From positions 480,001 through 544,000 of the forward strand of contig OZ251539.1 in assembly GCA_965243135.1 (NCBI GenBank): a stretch of 64,000 nucleotides of DNA, read 5' to 3'. The DNA is from Alphaproteobacteria bacterium (GTDB lineage Bacteria > Pseudomonadota > Alphaproteobacteria > MPNO01 > UBA830). Positions within the stretch are counted from its first letter, which is position 1; each line of letters opens with the position of its first letter. This document shows, piece after piece, positions 9,432 through 19,350 of this stretch. The notes below the pieces were generated by a model. The model was given only the letters and a program-made list of their open reading frames with translations, was not told the DNA's origin and ran no database searches. The translations under genes and the position numbers were made by a program.

Positions 9432-9886
9432 CGCCCGCCTCCGATCAGGCTGCGGAAGCGGTCGCCGCTCCCCGGCGGCGGGCGCGGCGCCGGGGCGTCG
9501 GCCGGCGCGGGCCGCAGCCCGGGAAGCCGGGGCGCCGCGTAGACGCCGGGGTCGAGCGTCCGCCCGAGATAGCGGCCGTAGGCCCGCCGCGCGGCGTCGC
9601 AGACCTTCCGCCGGAGAAGGCCGAGCGGGCGGCCGGGATCGTGGAACACGTGGAACCTCCGGTAGTCGAACAAGTCTCCCGCGCACGTGAAATCGAGGAT
9701 GCTCTCGGGATTGCGGATCCCCTGCGCCGGATGGCGAACGATCGCCGCGTCGCGCTCGACGCCCCGCTTCGCGGCGGCGGCGATCGCGTCCGCGACCTGC
9801 GGGTCGCACGCCGGGTCGGCCGCCGCGGCCGCCGGGAACAGCAGCGCGGCCGCCGCCAGCGCGGCGAGTTCGGCGGGGAATTTCAT
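9428..9886 (-). CDS. Hypothetical exported Cys-containing protein
   Basis: 152 aa, signal peptide, ACDP...IRNPESILDFTC motif, overlaps both neighbours by 4 bp. Confidence 0.65.
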   Translation of the reverse strand: MKFPAELAALAAAALLFPAAAAADPACDPQVADAIAAAAKRGVERDAAIVRHPAQGIRNPESILDFTCAGDLFDYRRFHVFHDPGRPLGLLRRKVCDAARRAYGRYLGRTLDPGVYAAPRLPGLRPAPADAPAPRPPPGSGDRFRSLIGGGR

Positions 9887-10194
9887 CGTCCGGCGGCGCC
9901 GAGCGTTCGCGGGTTTCCCTCCCGGCCGCCGGCGACGGTTTCCCCGCGCCCGTTCCCGTCCTGCCCGTACCGCCCCCCGGCGGTCGCGGGCCTGCCTTTC
10001 GCGACGGCGCGCTCCGCCGTCCCGGCCCGGCCGCCGCGGGCGTCGGCGCGGCGGCCTCTCCGCGTCCCGGGCGTCCCGGGCGTCGCGGCGGCCGCGCCGC
10101 GCGACGGAAAACCGGGCGGCGCGGACTCCCGGGGACGGCGCCCCGGATCGCCGTCGACCGGTCCGGAAAGAAAGCTCTCGTTGACGTCCGGCAT
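9883..10194 (-). CDS. Small hypothetical protein (103 aa, low complexity)
   Basis: GGGAG RBS before ATG 10194 (MPDVNESFLSG); stop overlaps the next start; fills the gap in the operon. Confidence 0.4.
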   Translation of the reverse strand: MPDVNESFLSGPVDGDPGRRPRESAPPGFPSRGAAAATPGTPGTRRGRRADARGGRAGTAERAVAKGRPATAGGRYGQDGNGRGETVAGGREGNPRTLGAAGR

Positions 10195-10205
10195 GATGAT
10201 TCTCC

Positions 10206-13118
10206 CTATTGCGCGGCGAGTTCGCCCGCGAGGCGGTCGAGGACGGCGGTCTCCGCGGCGCCGCGCCGGAGTTCGGCGTCGACGGCGTCGCGGGCGGTCC
10301 CTTCGGGAAAGCGGCGGGCGAGCGCGGCGCGGGCCTGCGCGGGCGGCATGCGGCGGTACAGGCGGTCGCGCAGCGCGGCGTCGCGCGGGCTCGTGGTCAG
10401 CGCCCACAGCTCGATCGGTCCGGGCGCGTTGACGACGATGCGCTCGGCGCGCGGGTCGGCGGAGACGAGCAGCGCCGGGGCGCCGCCGCGGCCCGGCCCG
10501 GTCAGGCGGAAGGAGACGGCGTCGGCGGCGGTTTCGTTGAGATCGAAAACCTTCGACAACGCCTCGATCTCGCCGCGCTTGCCGCCGGCCCCGAGGATCC
10601 AGAAGCGGGTGGCGAGTTCGACCAGCGCCTCCCCGAAGTCCTCGATCCGTTGCGAGGCGAGGCACAGGCGGACGCGGAGCTTGCGCGCCTCGCGGACGTC
10701 GCGCTCGACCTGGGCGCGGGCGGCGGGCGACGCGGCGGTGCGGTGGAACTCGTCGTAGGCGAGGCGCTTCGGCGTCTCGCGCAGGTCGCGGAGGCGTTCG
10801 GCGTGGAAGGCGCGGCAGCGTTCGGGGATTTCGCCGAGGTTCTCGTCGTCGAGCCACCAGCTCCGGGTCAGGGCGTGGCGGGCGAGAAGGTACATGACGG
10901 CGGTCTGGCGGTCGGCTTCCGGCGAACCGCGGGGCGCGACCTCGCGGAGGTCGACGGCGGCGACCCGCGCCTGTCCGGCGTCGAAGGCGGTCGGGTGGCA
11001 CATGACGGGCCAGTCGCCGGTCAACGCGGTGACGATGCGGAGGAAGGCGGCGGTGACGGTCTCGCCGCCGTGGCCGTGGCGGGCGTCGCCGACGAGGCCC
11101 TGGACGGCGGGCTGCCGGACGGCCGAGAGAAGATCCGCCATGACCGGGACGGCGCGGCGCTGCGCGCGCTCCGCCGCCTCGAAGGCGCCGGCCGCGAACA
11201 GCGCGTCGACCGCGTCCCACCAGAGCGGACGTTCCGGCAGGTGGCAGGCGTACCGATCGAGGGCGGCGTCGGTCTCGGGATCGATGCCCGCGGCGTAGGC
11301 GTGCGGCTCGGCGCCGGGGACGCCGTCGGAGCGCATGGCGTAGGCCGCGGCGACGGTCGGTCCGATCAGTTCGCGCAGGCCGTCCGGCACGCCGGGCGCG
11401 CCGGCCGGCGTCAGGATCAGGCCGAGCAGGTTCGAGAGGAAGGCTCGTTCGGGCGGCAGGGGAAGCCGGCACCCGAGCTGGGTGTCGAAGGGGTTTATCG
11501 CGCAGTCGCGGCTCATGCGCAGGCGGAACCATCCGGCCTCGCGGCGGCGGTCCTCCGGCAGCGCCTCGCGGAGCAGCGAGATCAGGCCGGACGACGAGGG
11601 GCCGACGTCGACGACGGCGGCGAGCGGCAGGCGGTCGTGCCCCGACTGGAGGGCGTGCGCGAGCGTGAGCGAGTTCATGAGGACGCTCTTGCCCCTGCCG
11701 GGGATGCCGTAGATCAGCTCGAAGCCGTAGTCCTCGCCCTCCTCGTAGCTGAAAGGCAGGAGCTTGCCGTCCGGCGAGCGGAACAGGTGGTTGGCGGCTT
11801 CGAGGCGGGCGGGCGGCGCGGGCCTGCCGACGGGCAGCAGCCGCAACGCCTCGGATAGCGGCGCCGCGGCGGAGGGCGCGGTCGCGCCGCAGGCGAAGCC
11901 GGGAACCGAGGCGGCGAAGGCTTCGAGCGGGTCGCCGGCCAGCGGCGAGAAGGAGGTCTCGCCCCAGCCCTCGGCGATCTGCTGGAGCCGGGCGGCGCGT
12001 TGCCGAAGGACGTCCGGCTCCTCGCCGGTCCAGGCGAGCAGGCCGAGGCGCAGGCGGACGATCGCGGCGGCGTCGGCGCGCAGCGCGTGGAGTCCGGTCA
12101 TGGCGTTGCGGACGGCGGCGCTGTCGTCGCTGCCGAAGGCGAGGAAGGATGAGGCGAGGCGGGCGGCGGCGGGGCGCGGGCCGGCGAGGCCGCCGCCCTC
12201 GATCAGGACGGAGAAGCGGAAGGGCAGCCCGGCCTCCGCGGCGCGGTCCATCAGTTCCGAGAAGGGCCGCGCCCGGCGCGGCCCGAGGGTCATGTCGACG
12301 GGCGCGTAGAGCCGGGATCCGACGCGCAGCGCGGATCCCTCGCGGGCGGGGTCGCGGACCAGCAGCTGCGGCGCCAGCGGCGGCGGGTAGCCGCCCCCGG
12401 CGTCGGCCGGCGTGACGGGCCGCCAGTCCGGGGCGGTCGAGTCCGGGCCGTTGAGCAGGATGCGCATCGCGCGGACGGCCGCGCCGCCGCCGAGGCGTTC
12501 CGCCGCGATGCCGGCGTCGGCGAGCAGCGCCGCGAACGCGCCGCAGAACGCGTCGTGGCGCGGCGCGAGGCCGTCCCAGGCCGCGTCCGGGCACTGGCTT
12601 TCCGAGACGCCGGGAAGCCAGTCCTTCAGCCGCGCCGCGGCGCCGCGGCGCTCGCGCTTCTGCTGCGCCGGGGCCAGGGCGGAGGGGCGGGTCCAGCAGG
12701 CGGCGAGCGCGGTCTCGGCCGCCAGCAGCGGCGCGAGGCGGCGGTTGCGCTCGGCGATCAGGTCGTCGAGGTCGAGGCCGAGCCGCGCGGCCTGGCGGCG
12801 CAGGCGGTCGCCGGCCGCGGCGACCGCGAGGCCGGCCTCGTCGGGGGCGCGCTCGAGGACGACGTGCAGCGCGTGGCCGCGCTCCAGGAAGCGCGAGGTC
12901 AGGGCGCGGGTCCCGGCTTCGACGAAGCGGTCGAGTTCGGCCGCGCCGGTCATGGCGCGGGCGCCGTCGACGCGGAACAGGGTGCAGAGAGACGCGTCGC
13001 GGCCGAGCAGGACGCCGCCGGGCAGGACGCAGGCGGGCAGCATGAACGCCTCCAGCGGCTTGCGCCGCGCCGTCCAGAGCAGGCGCTGCGCGTCTTCGAC
13101 GGCCGCCAGCAGCGGCAT
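10206..13118 (-). CDS. icmB: IcmB/DotO/TraU VirB4-like ATPase
   Basis: 970 aa; LFRSPDGKLLPF, Walker A YGIPGRGKSVLMN, INPFDTQLGCRLPLP, PKRLAYDEFHRT, REARK, LGPxELWA-like PGPIELWALTT. Confidence 0.92.
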   Translation of the reverse strand: MPLLAAVEDAQRLLWTARRKPLEAFMLPACVLPGGVLLGRDASLCTLFRVDGARAMTGAAELDRFVEAGTRALTSRFLERGHALHVVLERAPDEAGLAVAAAGDRLRRQAARLGLDLDDLIAERNRRLAPLLAAETALAACWTRPSALAPAQQKRERRGAAARLKDWLPGVSESQCPDAAWDGLAPRHDAFCGAFAALLADAGIAAERLGGGAAVRAMRILLNGPDSTAPDWRPVTPADAGGGYPPPLAPQLLVRDPAREGSALRVGSRLYAPVDMTLGPRRARPFSELMDRAAEAGLPFRFSVLIEGGGLAGPRPAAARLASSFLAFGSDDSAAVRNAMTGLHALRADAAAIVRLRLGLLAWTGEEPDVLRQRAARLQQIAEGWGETSFSPLAGDPLEAFAASVPGFACGATAPSAAAPLSEALRLLPVGRPAPPARLEAANHLFRSPDGKLLPFSYEEGEDYGFELIYGIPGRGKSVLMNSLTLAHALQSGHDRLPLAAVVDVGPSSSGLISLLREALPEDRRREAGWFRLRMSRDCAINPFDTQLGCRLPLPPERAFLSNLLGLILTPAGAPGVPDGLRELIGPTVAAAYAMRSDGVPGAEPHAYAAGIDPETDAALDRYACHLPERPLWWDAVDALFAAGAFEAAERAQRRAVPVMADLLSAVRQPAVQGLVGDARHGHGGETVTAAFLRIVTALTGDWPVMCHPTAFDAGQARVAAVDLREVAPRGSPEADRQTAVMYLLARHALTRSWWLDDENLGEIPERCRAFHAERLRDLRETPKRLAYDEFHRTAASPAARAQVERDVREARKLRVRLCLASQRIEDFGEALVELATRFWILGAGGKRGEIEALSKVFDLNETAADAVSFRLTGPGRGGAPALLVSADPRAERIVVNAPGPIELWALTTSPRDAALRDRLYRRMPPAQARAALARRFPEGTARDAVDAELRRGAAETAVLDRLAGELAAQ

Positions 13119-13471
13119 CAGTTGAGCTTCGGGCGGGCGACGCCGGTCCCGGGATCGAGGTCGAAGGTGCCGAGGATGGCGTCGATCACCGCCGGGGCGG
13201 CGATCAGCGCGGCGCCGACGACGAGGGCGATCACCCCGGCCCCGACGGTGGCGGCCTGCGGTTGCTCGAAATGCTTCTTGATCTTCAGGAGTCCGAAGCC
13301 GACGATGGCGGCGCCGAGAATCCAGAACACTCCGGACATGAGGGCGGCGACGCCCTCCACCGATTCTTCGGCTTCCGCCGCCAGCTCGCCGAGGGTTTTC
13401 GCGGCGGCGGCGGCGAAAGCGCCGTGCGCGGCGAGGACGGCGAAGGCGAGCCGTTTCAGGATCTTTTTCAA
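13118..13471 (-). CDS. IcmD/DotP-like small membrane (pilin-like) protein
   Basis: TTG 13471 with AGGA RBS; signal peptide then two hydrophobic helices around LLKIKKHFEQPQ, like the IcmD KFKxHKDNPxQ motif. Confidence 0.7.
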   Translation of the reverse strand: MKKILKRLAFAVLAAHGAFAAAAAKTLGELAAEAEESVEGVAALMSGVFWILGAAIVGFGLLKIKKHFEQPQAATVGAGVIALVVGAALIAAPAVIDAILGTFDLDPGTGVARPKLN

Positions 13472-13488
13472 GGCTGTCTTTCCTTTCT

Positions 13489-14067
13489 TCAGTGGACGTG
13501 CAGAACCTGGATTCCCAGGGTGGACTGGACGGCGTCGACGAACGCGGCCATGTGCCACGCGAGGACGCCGCCCAGCATGTGCGTCGCGGCCCGGCCGGCG
13601 GTGGCGCCGGCCCGCCCGTCGGCGGCGGCCCGCAGCAGGAAGACGCCGCGCAGGAAGGCGAACAGGCCGATCCACGACACGATCAGGAACGCCGCGGCGA
13701 TCGCCTCGCTCCAGCGGCCGTCCCGGGCGTCCGCGTAGGCGAGCGCGGCGGAGAGCGGCGGCGCGGGGCCGAACAGGGTCTCGCCGGCCGCCGCGATCCA
13801 GGACGGGAAGGCGGCGAGGACGGCGCAGATCAGGAAGCACAGGGCGGTGCCGGCGAGGGACGGAGCCCGGAACCTGTCCTCGGAGGTTCTGAGCAGGCGC
13901 AGCAGGCCCTGCCCGAAGGCGAAAAACGCGAGCAGCCAGCAGACGCCGGCGACCAGCCCCGACAGGCCGGCGTCGAGGTCGCGGGCGAGCGCGGCCAGGA
14001 CGTCGCCTTGCGCGGCGGCGGGGACGGGCGCGGCGAGCGCCGCGAGGAAGGCGAAGCGGCGGGTCAT
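13489..14067 (-). CDS. IcmC/DotE/TraQ-like membrane protein
   Basis: 192 aa, 4 TM; IGLFAFLRGVFLL and ATHMLGGVLAWHM match the IcmC/TraQ pattern. Confidence 0.72.
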   Translation of the reverse strand: MTRRFAFLAALAAPVPAAAQGDVLAALARDLDAGLSGLVAGVCWLLAFFAFGQGLLRLLRTSEDRFRAPSLAGTALCFLICAVLAAFPSWIAAAGETLFGPAPPLSAALAYADARDGRWSEAIAAAFLIVSWIGLFAFLRGVFLLRAAADGRAGATAGRAATHMLGGVLAWHMAAFVDAVQSTLGIQVLHVH

Positions 14068-15173
14068 CGCCGTTCTCCCGGCCCGGCGGCGCGAACGGCG
14101 CGCGGAGGGCCGTCGGACAACGCCGGGACGGGTCGCCGGGAAATTCCGGCAAGGGCGGACGCCGGCGGCGCCGCGAACATCACGGCGAGCTCGGTATTGC
14201 GCGGGATGCGGACCGTCGGCCGCTTCGGCGCGTCCTCCAGCAGGATGTCGCCGACCGAGCGCGCGGACCGCCCCAGCCCGGCGTACAGGTCGTCGCGGGC
14301 GGTCGCGGCGCTGCGCACCGCGACGACGTCGCCGCCCGGCAGGCGGACGGTCTCGTCCGGACGCGAGCGGGAGTCGAGGAAGCCCTCCGCGAAGCGGAAG
14401 GCGGCGGGAAGCAGCACCCGCGAGATCCAGTGGCGGTCGCGCTCGGCGTCGACGCCGAAGCAGGCGCAGTCGAGGCCGACCGCCCAGGCGTCGACCGGAA
14501 ACCGCGCGCCGCGGAAGGACAGGCTCGTCAGGCGCAGCGTCATGCGGTCGCGGACGGTCTCGAAGCCGCCGGTCGCGACCGCGCCGGCGAGCGGCGGCTC
14601 GAGGATCTCGAGCACCACCGGGCCGGGGTAGTCCGAGTTCACCTCGTACGTCGCGCGGGCGTAGAACGACCGTCCGGGGCGGATGCCGGGAAGCCGCGGC
14701 GCGGGCCGGGCCTCGTCGGCGGGCGGGTCCGGCGGCTCCGCCGCCGGCTGCGGCGGCGGGTAACGCAGCCGGGCGAAGGCCGGAGGCGCGTTCCAGATTT
14801 CGAGAAGGGCGGCGACGAGCTCCGGCAGCGCTCCCGTTTCCGCCGCCTCCCGGACCGTCTCGTAGGGCGGATCCGGCGGGTCCGGTTCCGCCGCCGGAGG
14901 AGGAGGCGGCTTCGCGGCAAAACGCGCCGGCGGCTCGGGCGGCGGCGCGGCGCCGCCCTGCATCCGCTCGATGAACGACGCGCCCTCGCTCTCGGCGCGG
15001 TCGCGCCGTTGCCGGTCGCGCTGCCGCAGGGTCTCGCCGTAGGCCTGCCGCACCTCCTCGGTCGGATCGAGCCTCGGCGCGGCGTTGTCCGGCAGGGTCT
15101 GCGCGGCGCCCGGACCGCCGAGAACGAGGAGGACGGCGGCGGCGGGAAGCCCGAAGGACGCGTCAGTCCGCAT
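14064..15173 (-). CDS. dotG: DotG/IcmE/TraO (VirB10-like) core protein, short form
   Basis: Pro-rich linker then FYARATYEVNSDYPGPVVLEIL..PLAGA...GGF and C-terminal PTVRIP; position after dotI-dotH. Confidence 0.82.
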   Translation of the reverse strand: MRTDASFGLPAAAVLLVLGGPGAAQTLPDNAAPRLDPTEEVRQAYGETLRQRDRQRRDRAESEGASFIERMQGGAAPPPEPPARFAAKPPPPPAAEPDPPDPPYETVREAAETGALPELVAALLEIWNAPPAFARLRYPPPQPAAEPPDPPADEARPAPRLPGIRPGRSFYARATYEVNSDYPGPVVLEILEPPLAGAVATGGFETVRDRMTLRLTSLSFRGARFPVDAWAVGLDCACFGVDAERDRHWISRVLLPAAFRFAEGFLDSRSRPDETVRLPGGDVVAVRSAATARDDLYAGLGRSARSVGDILLEDAPKRPTVRIPRNTELAVMFAAPPASALAGISRRPVPALSDGPPRAVRAAGPGERR

Positions 15174-16041
15174 CGCCGTCCTCCGGAGCGCGGAACGACA
15201 GGCGGGCGACGGCGCCGGCGTTCGAGACCAGCGCGTGCGGCGTGTCCGGCAGGCGGTAGGCCCAGCGGCCGCCGGAGCCGCGCTCGGCGGCGAGCGGCCC
15301 CGGCGACAGGACGTGCAGCCGGGTGACCAGCAGCAGGTCGCCGTCGAGGCGCCAGGCGCGGTCGGAAAGGCCGCCGCCCGCGACCTCGAGGCGCGCCGCG
15401 GACGGCGGGATCGCGCCGGTCAGCAGGCCGAGCAGCGCCGGATCGCCGGCGTGGAAGGCGGCCGGCTGCGCCAGCGCCGCCGGGTCGGCGTTGGGTCCGG
15501 GAACGCCGAGGCGGATCTCCACCCGGAAATCCGCCGTCCCGCCGCCGCCGCCGCGCAGCATCAGCATGACGGGATCGGGGCGGCCGCGCAGCTTGACCGC
15601 GGCGTTGCCCGACAGGAAGGAATGCCGCGGCACGAGGAACAGCAGGTGCTCGCTGCCCGGCGCCCGCTCGTCCTCTCCCGGAAGGAAGCGGGCGTCGACC
15701 AGCGCCTCGGCGACCGGCCACGGCGCGCCCGTCGTGTCGCTGAACGACACCGCGGTGGCGTAGCCGCGCGCGATCCGGATCTCGGGAACGGCGCCGTCCT
15801 CCAGCCGGACGCGGCGGACGCGGCCGGCGGGCGGGCCGCCTCCGGCGTCCGCCGTGGCGCGCCGGGTCTGCCGCAGGAGCCGGCCGAGCAGCTCGATCTG
15901 GCGCCGCGTGAACGGCAGCGCCGCGCGGCCCTCGCGGGCGACCTCGCCGTCGGGCGCCGCGTGGTCCGGCCAGACGTCGGGCGGCTCCTGGGCCGCCGCG
16001 GGGGCGGCGGCGATCAGCGCCGCGAGGAGGACGGGCCTCAT
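15163..16041 (-). CDS. dotH: DotH/IcmK/TraN outer-membrane core protein
   Basis: ATG 16041, signal peptide; LPFTRRQI, IRIARGYATAVSFSDTTGAPWPV, GNAAVKLRG, DFRVEIRLGVPGPNA. Confidence 0.88.
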   Translation of the reverse strand: MRPVLLAALIAAAPAAAQEPPDVWPDHAAPDGEVAREGRAALPFTRRQIELLGRLLRQTRRATADAGGGPPAGRVRRVRLEDGAVPEIRIARGYATAVSFSDTTGAPWPVAEALVDARFLPGEDERAPGSEHLLFLVPRHSFLSGNAAVKLRGRPDPVMLMLRGGGGGTADFRVEIRLGVPGPNADPAALAQPAAFHAGDPALLGLLTGAIPPSAARLEVAGGGLSDRAWRLDGDLLLVTRLHVLSPGPLAAERGSGGRWAYRLPDTPHALVSNAGAVARLSFRAPEDGDAD

Positions 16042-16670
16042 TTCCTGGCGGCGATCAGCTGGGCGATGCCGATGCCGCCGAACCGCTCGGACAGCGGCAC
16101 CCGCATGACGAGGACGCGGGCGACGAGATCCTGGTCGACCCGCCGCCGGCCCGCCTGGAAGGTGACGAGGATGGGGAATTCGATCTGCCAGCCGGCGCGG
16201 CCGCGGAACAACCTGGTTTCCGTGATGACCGGCGCCCCGCGGGCGACGGTCGAAGCGACCTGGAGGTTGTCCCGCAGCCGCGTCAGGAACTGCGACTCCT
16301 CGAGTCCCTGGAGGAAGCCGTCGTAGCCGTCGTCGGTGAAGAGCTCGCGGACGGCGGACAGCCGCATCCGCCAGTCGTGGTGGCCGAGGGTGAAGGCCTC
16401 GACGACGGCCGAGACCGCCCAGTTCTTCAGGGCGGCGTCGGACATGATCGGCTCGGACAGCGGCGTCAGCTTCACCAGCCGGCCGTCGGGCGTGGCGGCG
16501 ACCGGGACGTAGACCGTGTCGTGGCGGGCGAGATAGAGGGCGAGGGCGGCCGCCGTCGCCAGCCAGCCGGCCAGCAGCCCGGCCGCGCACAGCCGCCACC
16601 AGCGGTGCTGGTCCGCCTGATACCGGAAACTCCGCCCCGCGGCCTCGACGGCCGCCGAATCAATCGCCAT
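16038..16670 (-). CDS. dotI: DotI/IcmL/TraM (VirB8-like) protein
   Basis: One TM then ATPDGRLVKLTPLSEP, W...AVVEAFT, FTDDGYDGFLQGL, WQIEFP, GIGIAQ. Confidence 0.9.
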   Translation of the reverse strand: MAIDSAAVEAAGRSFRYQADQHRWWRLCAAGLLAGWLATAAALALYLARHDTVYVPVAATPDGRLVKLTPLSEPIMSDAALKNWAVSAVVEAFTLGHHDWRMRLSAVRELFTDDGYDGFLQGLEESQFLTRLRDNLQVASTVARGAPVITETRLFRGRAGWQIEFPILVTFQAGRRRVDQDLVARVLVMRVPLSERFGGIGIAQLIAARK

Positions 16671-17400
16671 CGCCGTCCCTCCGGAAGGCGCGGCGCAGCC
16701 AGAGGCGCGCGTCGCCGACGTCGCCGACTCGCCAGCCGACCCGTCCGCCGTCGCGCCAGAGGAGCAGCGGCACGCCGCCCTTGCGCCAGCGGTCGAAGAG
16801 CAGGTCGTTGCGCTCGACGGCCAGCGCGCCCTCCGGGCGCGGCTCGGAGGCGCGGGCGGGGTCGAACCAGGCCCGTTCCGGATCCGGGCTCGACGCGATC
16901 GCGGCGGCGCGCCGCGCCGAGGCGGCGCCGAGAATGCCGAGCGGCATCACGCGGAGGCGGAGCGCGCCCCGCCGCGCCTCGCGGGCCAGCGCCGCGACGG
17001 TCGCGTTCGACCAGCGGCATCCCGGGTCGGCGAACGCCGCCACCGTCGGGCCGCGGTCGCCGACCGTGAACCCGAAGGCGGAAAGGGTCGACCGGAACAG
17101 CGCGGCGTTCCCGGAGAAGCCGCTCGCGGGCGGCGTCCGGTCCCCGGGCAGCCCGGCGAGCTGGCGGGCGGTGACCAGCCCGCCTTCCGGATCGTAGAGC
17201 AGCCCGGCGACGGCGAAGCCGCCGGGCGTCAGGTAGAGCGCGTAGGAGGACCCGTCCGCGAGGGTGACCAGGTGGCCGGCGAGGCCGCCGCGCTCGCCGA
17301 GCGGCCGCGCGGTCGCGCCGCGCTCCTTCAGGGCGTCGAGGACGCCGGCGGCCGCCGGGGCGGCGGCGAGCAGCGCCGGAACGAGGAGGAGAAGCTTCAT
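16660..17400 (-). CDS. DsbG/DsbC-like thioredoxin-fold periplasmic protein with a CxxS site
   Basis: ATG 17400, signal peptide; LYLTPGG..VAGLLYD (DsbG N-domain), FADPGCRWS, GGVP cis-Pro loop. Confidence 0.72.
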   Translation of the reverse strand: MKLLLLVPALLAAAPAAAGVLDALKERGATARPLGERGGLAGHLVTLADGSSYALYLTPGGFAVAGLLYDPEGGLVTARQLAGLPGDRTPPASGFSGNAALFRSTLSAFGFTVGDRGPTVAAFADPGCRWSNATVAALAREARRGALRLRVMPLGILGAASARRAAAIASSPDPERAWFDPARASEPRPEGALAVERNDLLFDRWRKGGVPLLLWRDGGRVGWRVGDVGDARLWLRRAFRRDGDGD

Positions 17401-17975
17401 GGCGCGTCTCCCGGCGGCGGCAGGCGGTGCGTCACGGCGAGGGATCCGGCGCGGAGCTCGCCCGCGGGCGGGCGCGGCAGATGGCTCAGCCCGAACAGGA
17501 GGGTCCGCGCCGCCTCGGCGAAGGTTCCGCGGAACGTCCGCGTCTCGTGCAGCCGCCATTGCAGGTCGGTGAGCCACACGATGCCGACGCCGGCGCGGGC
17601 GCCCCAGCGTTCGAGCGCATCCCGCAGGGTCTCGCCGGCGGCGATTTTCCATTCGGCGGCTTCGTCGCGCAGGTCCGCGTCGCCCGGCGCGATCCCGGCC
17701 GGGCGGACGTGGATCTCGCCGCCGCGGCGGGTCCAGGCGAGGCCCTCGCCCCACAGCAGCGCCCGCCAGCCGGGGTAGTCGCGGGTCACCCGGCGTCCGG
17801 CGTCGACGCGGCGGTCGAAGCGCGGCTCGAGGGCGGGAGCCATGCGCCGCAGCGTCTGCGCGAGGGACGCCGGGTCGTCGGCGACCGCGAGGCTGGGGCG
17901 CGCGCCTTGCGGCGCGACGTAGCGGAATTCCGCCGCCGCGGGCGGCGCGGCGAGGGCGGCGAGAACGGCGGCCAT
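17397..17975 (-). CDS. TcpQ-domain (PilL-like) pilus accessory protein
   Basis: ATG 17975; C-terminal WKIAAGETLRDALERWGARAGVGIVW....W......F.GTFAEA. Confidence 0.75.
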   Translation of the reverse strand: MAAVLAALAAPPAAAEFRYVAPQGARPSLAVADDPASLAQTLRRMAPALEPRFDRRVDAGRRVTRDYPGWRALLWGEGLAWTRRGGEIHVRPAGIAPGDADLRDEAAEWKIAAGETLRDALERWGARAGVGIVWLTDLQWRLHETRTFRGTFAEAARTLLFGLSHLPRPPAGELRAGSLAVTHRLPPPGDAP

Positions 17976-18235
17976 CAGCCGTAGTCCGCGAAGCGCCGGA
18001 CGCGGTGGAGCGCCGGACGGCGCCCCGCGAGGCGGGCGCGGACGGCGCGGATCGCGGTCGCGAGGCGGTAGCCCCGGGCCTCCGCGGCGCGCAGCGCGAT
18101 GACCGCGGCCAGCAGCGCCGCCGTCGTCGCCCAGGAGGGGTGGAACAGCCACGGCGCGAACAGGAAGAGCAGCCGGGCGTCGAAGACGAAGAAGCGCACC
18201 GGGCGCATCGAGTCCCGCCACGCGACCTCCCTCAC
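17975..18235 (-). CDS. icmT: IcmT/TraK family protein
   Basis: GTG 18235, 86 aa, WRDSMRPVRFFVFDAR signature. Confidence 0.85.
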   Translation of the reverse strand: MREVAWRDSMRPVRFFVFDARLLFLFAPWLFHPSWATTAALLAAVIALRAAEARGYRLATAIRAVRARLAGRRPALHRVRRFADYG

Positions 18236-19350
18236 GAATCCGTCCCCGGCGCGAGGGCCTGGACGCGGCCGAGGTCGCGGTCGGAGATCAGTCCGTCGAG
18301 ATGCGCCGCGGCCGCGGCCAGGGCGAGGCCGTTCCCGCGGCGCTCGACCTCGGCGGCGATGCGGCGCGGCCAGTCGGCCGCCGGCCGCTCCATCAGCCGC
18401 GCCTTGAAGGACGGGTCGAAGGTCAGCCACTCGCGGATCGCGACGCGCCCGCCCGACGGGTTCGGCAGCAGCATCTGGGTGGCCGCGAGGTTGAGCGCGT
18501 CCAGCAGCGCCGCCGCCCGCTCGGCGCGCTCGGCGGCCGGGAACTCGGCGATCATGCGCCGGATCGTCGAGGCGACGCCGACGGTGTGGGCGGTGGAGTA
18601 GACGGCGATGCCGAAGTCGGCGGCGCGGACCACCGCCTCGACGGTCTCGCGGTCGCGCGCCTCGCCGACGATCACCGCGGCCGGACGCCGCCGCAGGCTG
18701 GAGCGCAGCCCCTCGGCGAAGGTCGCGAAGTGCCGCGGGATCTCCGACGACGACATCATCGCCGCCGGCGCATCCACGTCGTCGAAGGCGAACTCGATCG
18801 GCGACTCGTAGGACTGGACGCGCCCGGCGCCGCGCTCCAGAAGCCGCCGCGTGCCGGCGGCGAGCAGGGTCGACTTGCCGCTGCCGGGCGCGCCGGTGAT
18901 CAGGGTCAGGCCGCGGCAGTCCTCCCACGCGGCCGCGATCTCGTCCTCGATTCCGAGGTCGGCCAGACGGGGCGCCGCGCCCGGCAGGGCGCGCAGGGTG
19001 AGGTTGACGCCGAACGCCTCCGCCGCCTGCACCGGCGCGAGGTTGTAACGGAACCGCCGCAGGACGCCGCGTCCGACCGGCACCGGGCGCGAGCCGTCGA
19101 TCGCCCTGCCGGACCGCAGGACGCCTTCGGCCGTCGCGTCGTGCACGAGGTCGGCGAGCCGGCTCATGGCCGGGCCGTCGAGGACGCAGGCGGTAGCGCG
19201 GCGCAGCGCGCCGTCGATCTCGACGAAGGCCGGCCGGCGGGTCTGGAAGGAGATGTCGCTCGCGCCGCGGCCGCGGGCCCAGAGCAGGAACTCGTCGAGG
19301 CGCTCCGTCGGGAACGCGAAAGCGGCGGGCCTCCAGAGGATTTCAGTCAT
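18232..19350 (-). CDS. dotB: DotB/TraJ secretion ATPase (PilT/VirB11 superfamily)
   Basis: ATG 19350; GASDISFQT, Walker A GAPGSGKST, YESPIEF, SLRRRP..IVGEARD, YSTAHT. Confidence 0.9.
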   Translation of the reverse strand: MTEILWRPAAFAFPTERLDEFLLWARGRGASDISFQTRRPAFVEIDGALRRATACVLDGPAMSRLADLVHDATAEGVLRSGRAIDGSRPVPVGRGVLRRFRYNLAPVQAAEAFGVNLTLRALPGAAPRLADLGIEDEIAAAWEDCRGLTLITGAPGSGKSTLLAAGTRRLLERGAGRVQSYESPIEFAFDDVDAPAAMMSSSEIPRHFATFAEGLRSSLRRRPAAVIVGEARDRETVEAVVRAADFGIAVYSTAHTVGVASTIRRMIAEFPAAERAERAAALLDALNLAATQMLLPNPSGGRVAIREWLTFDPSFKARLMERPAADWPRRIAAEVERRGNGLALAAAAAHLDGLISDRDLGRVQALAPGTDS

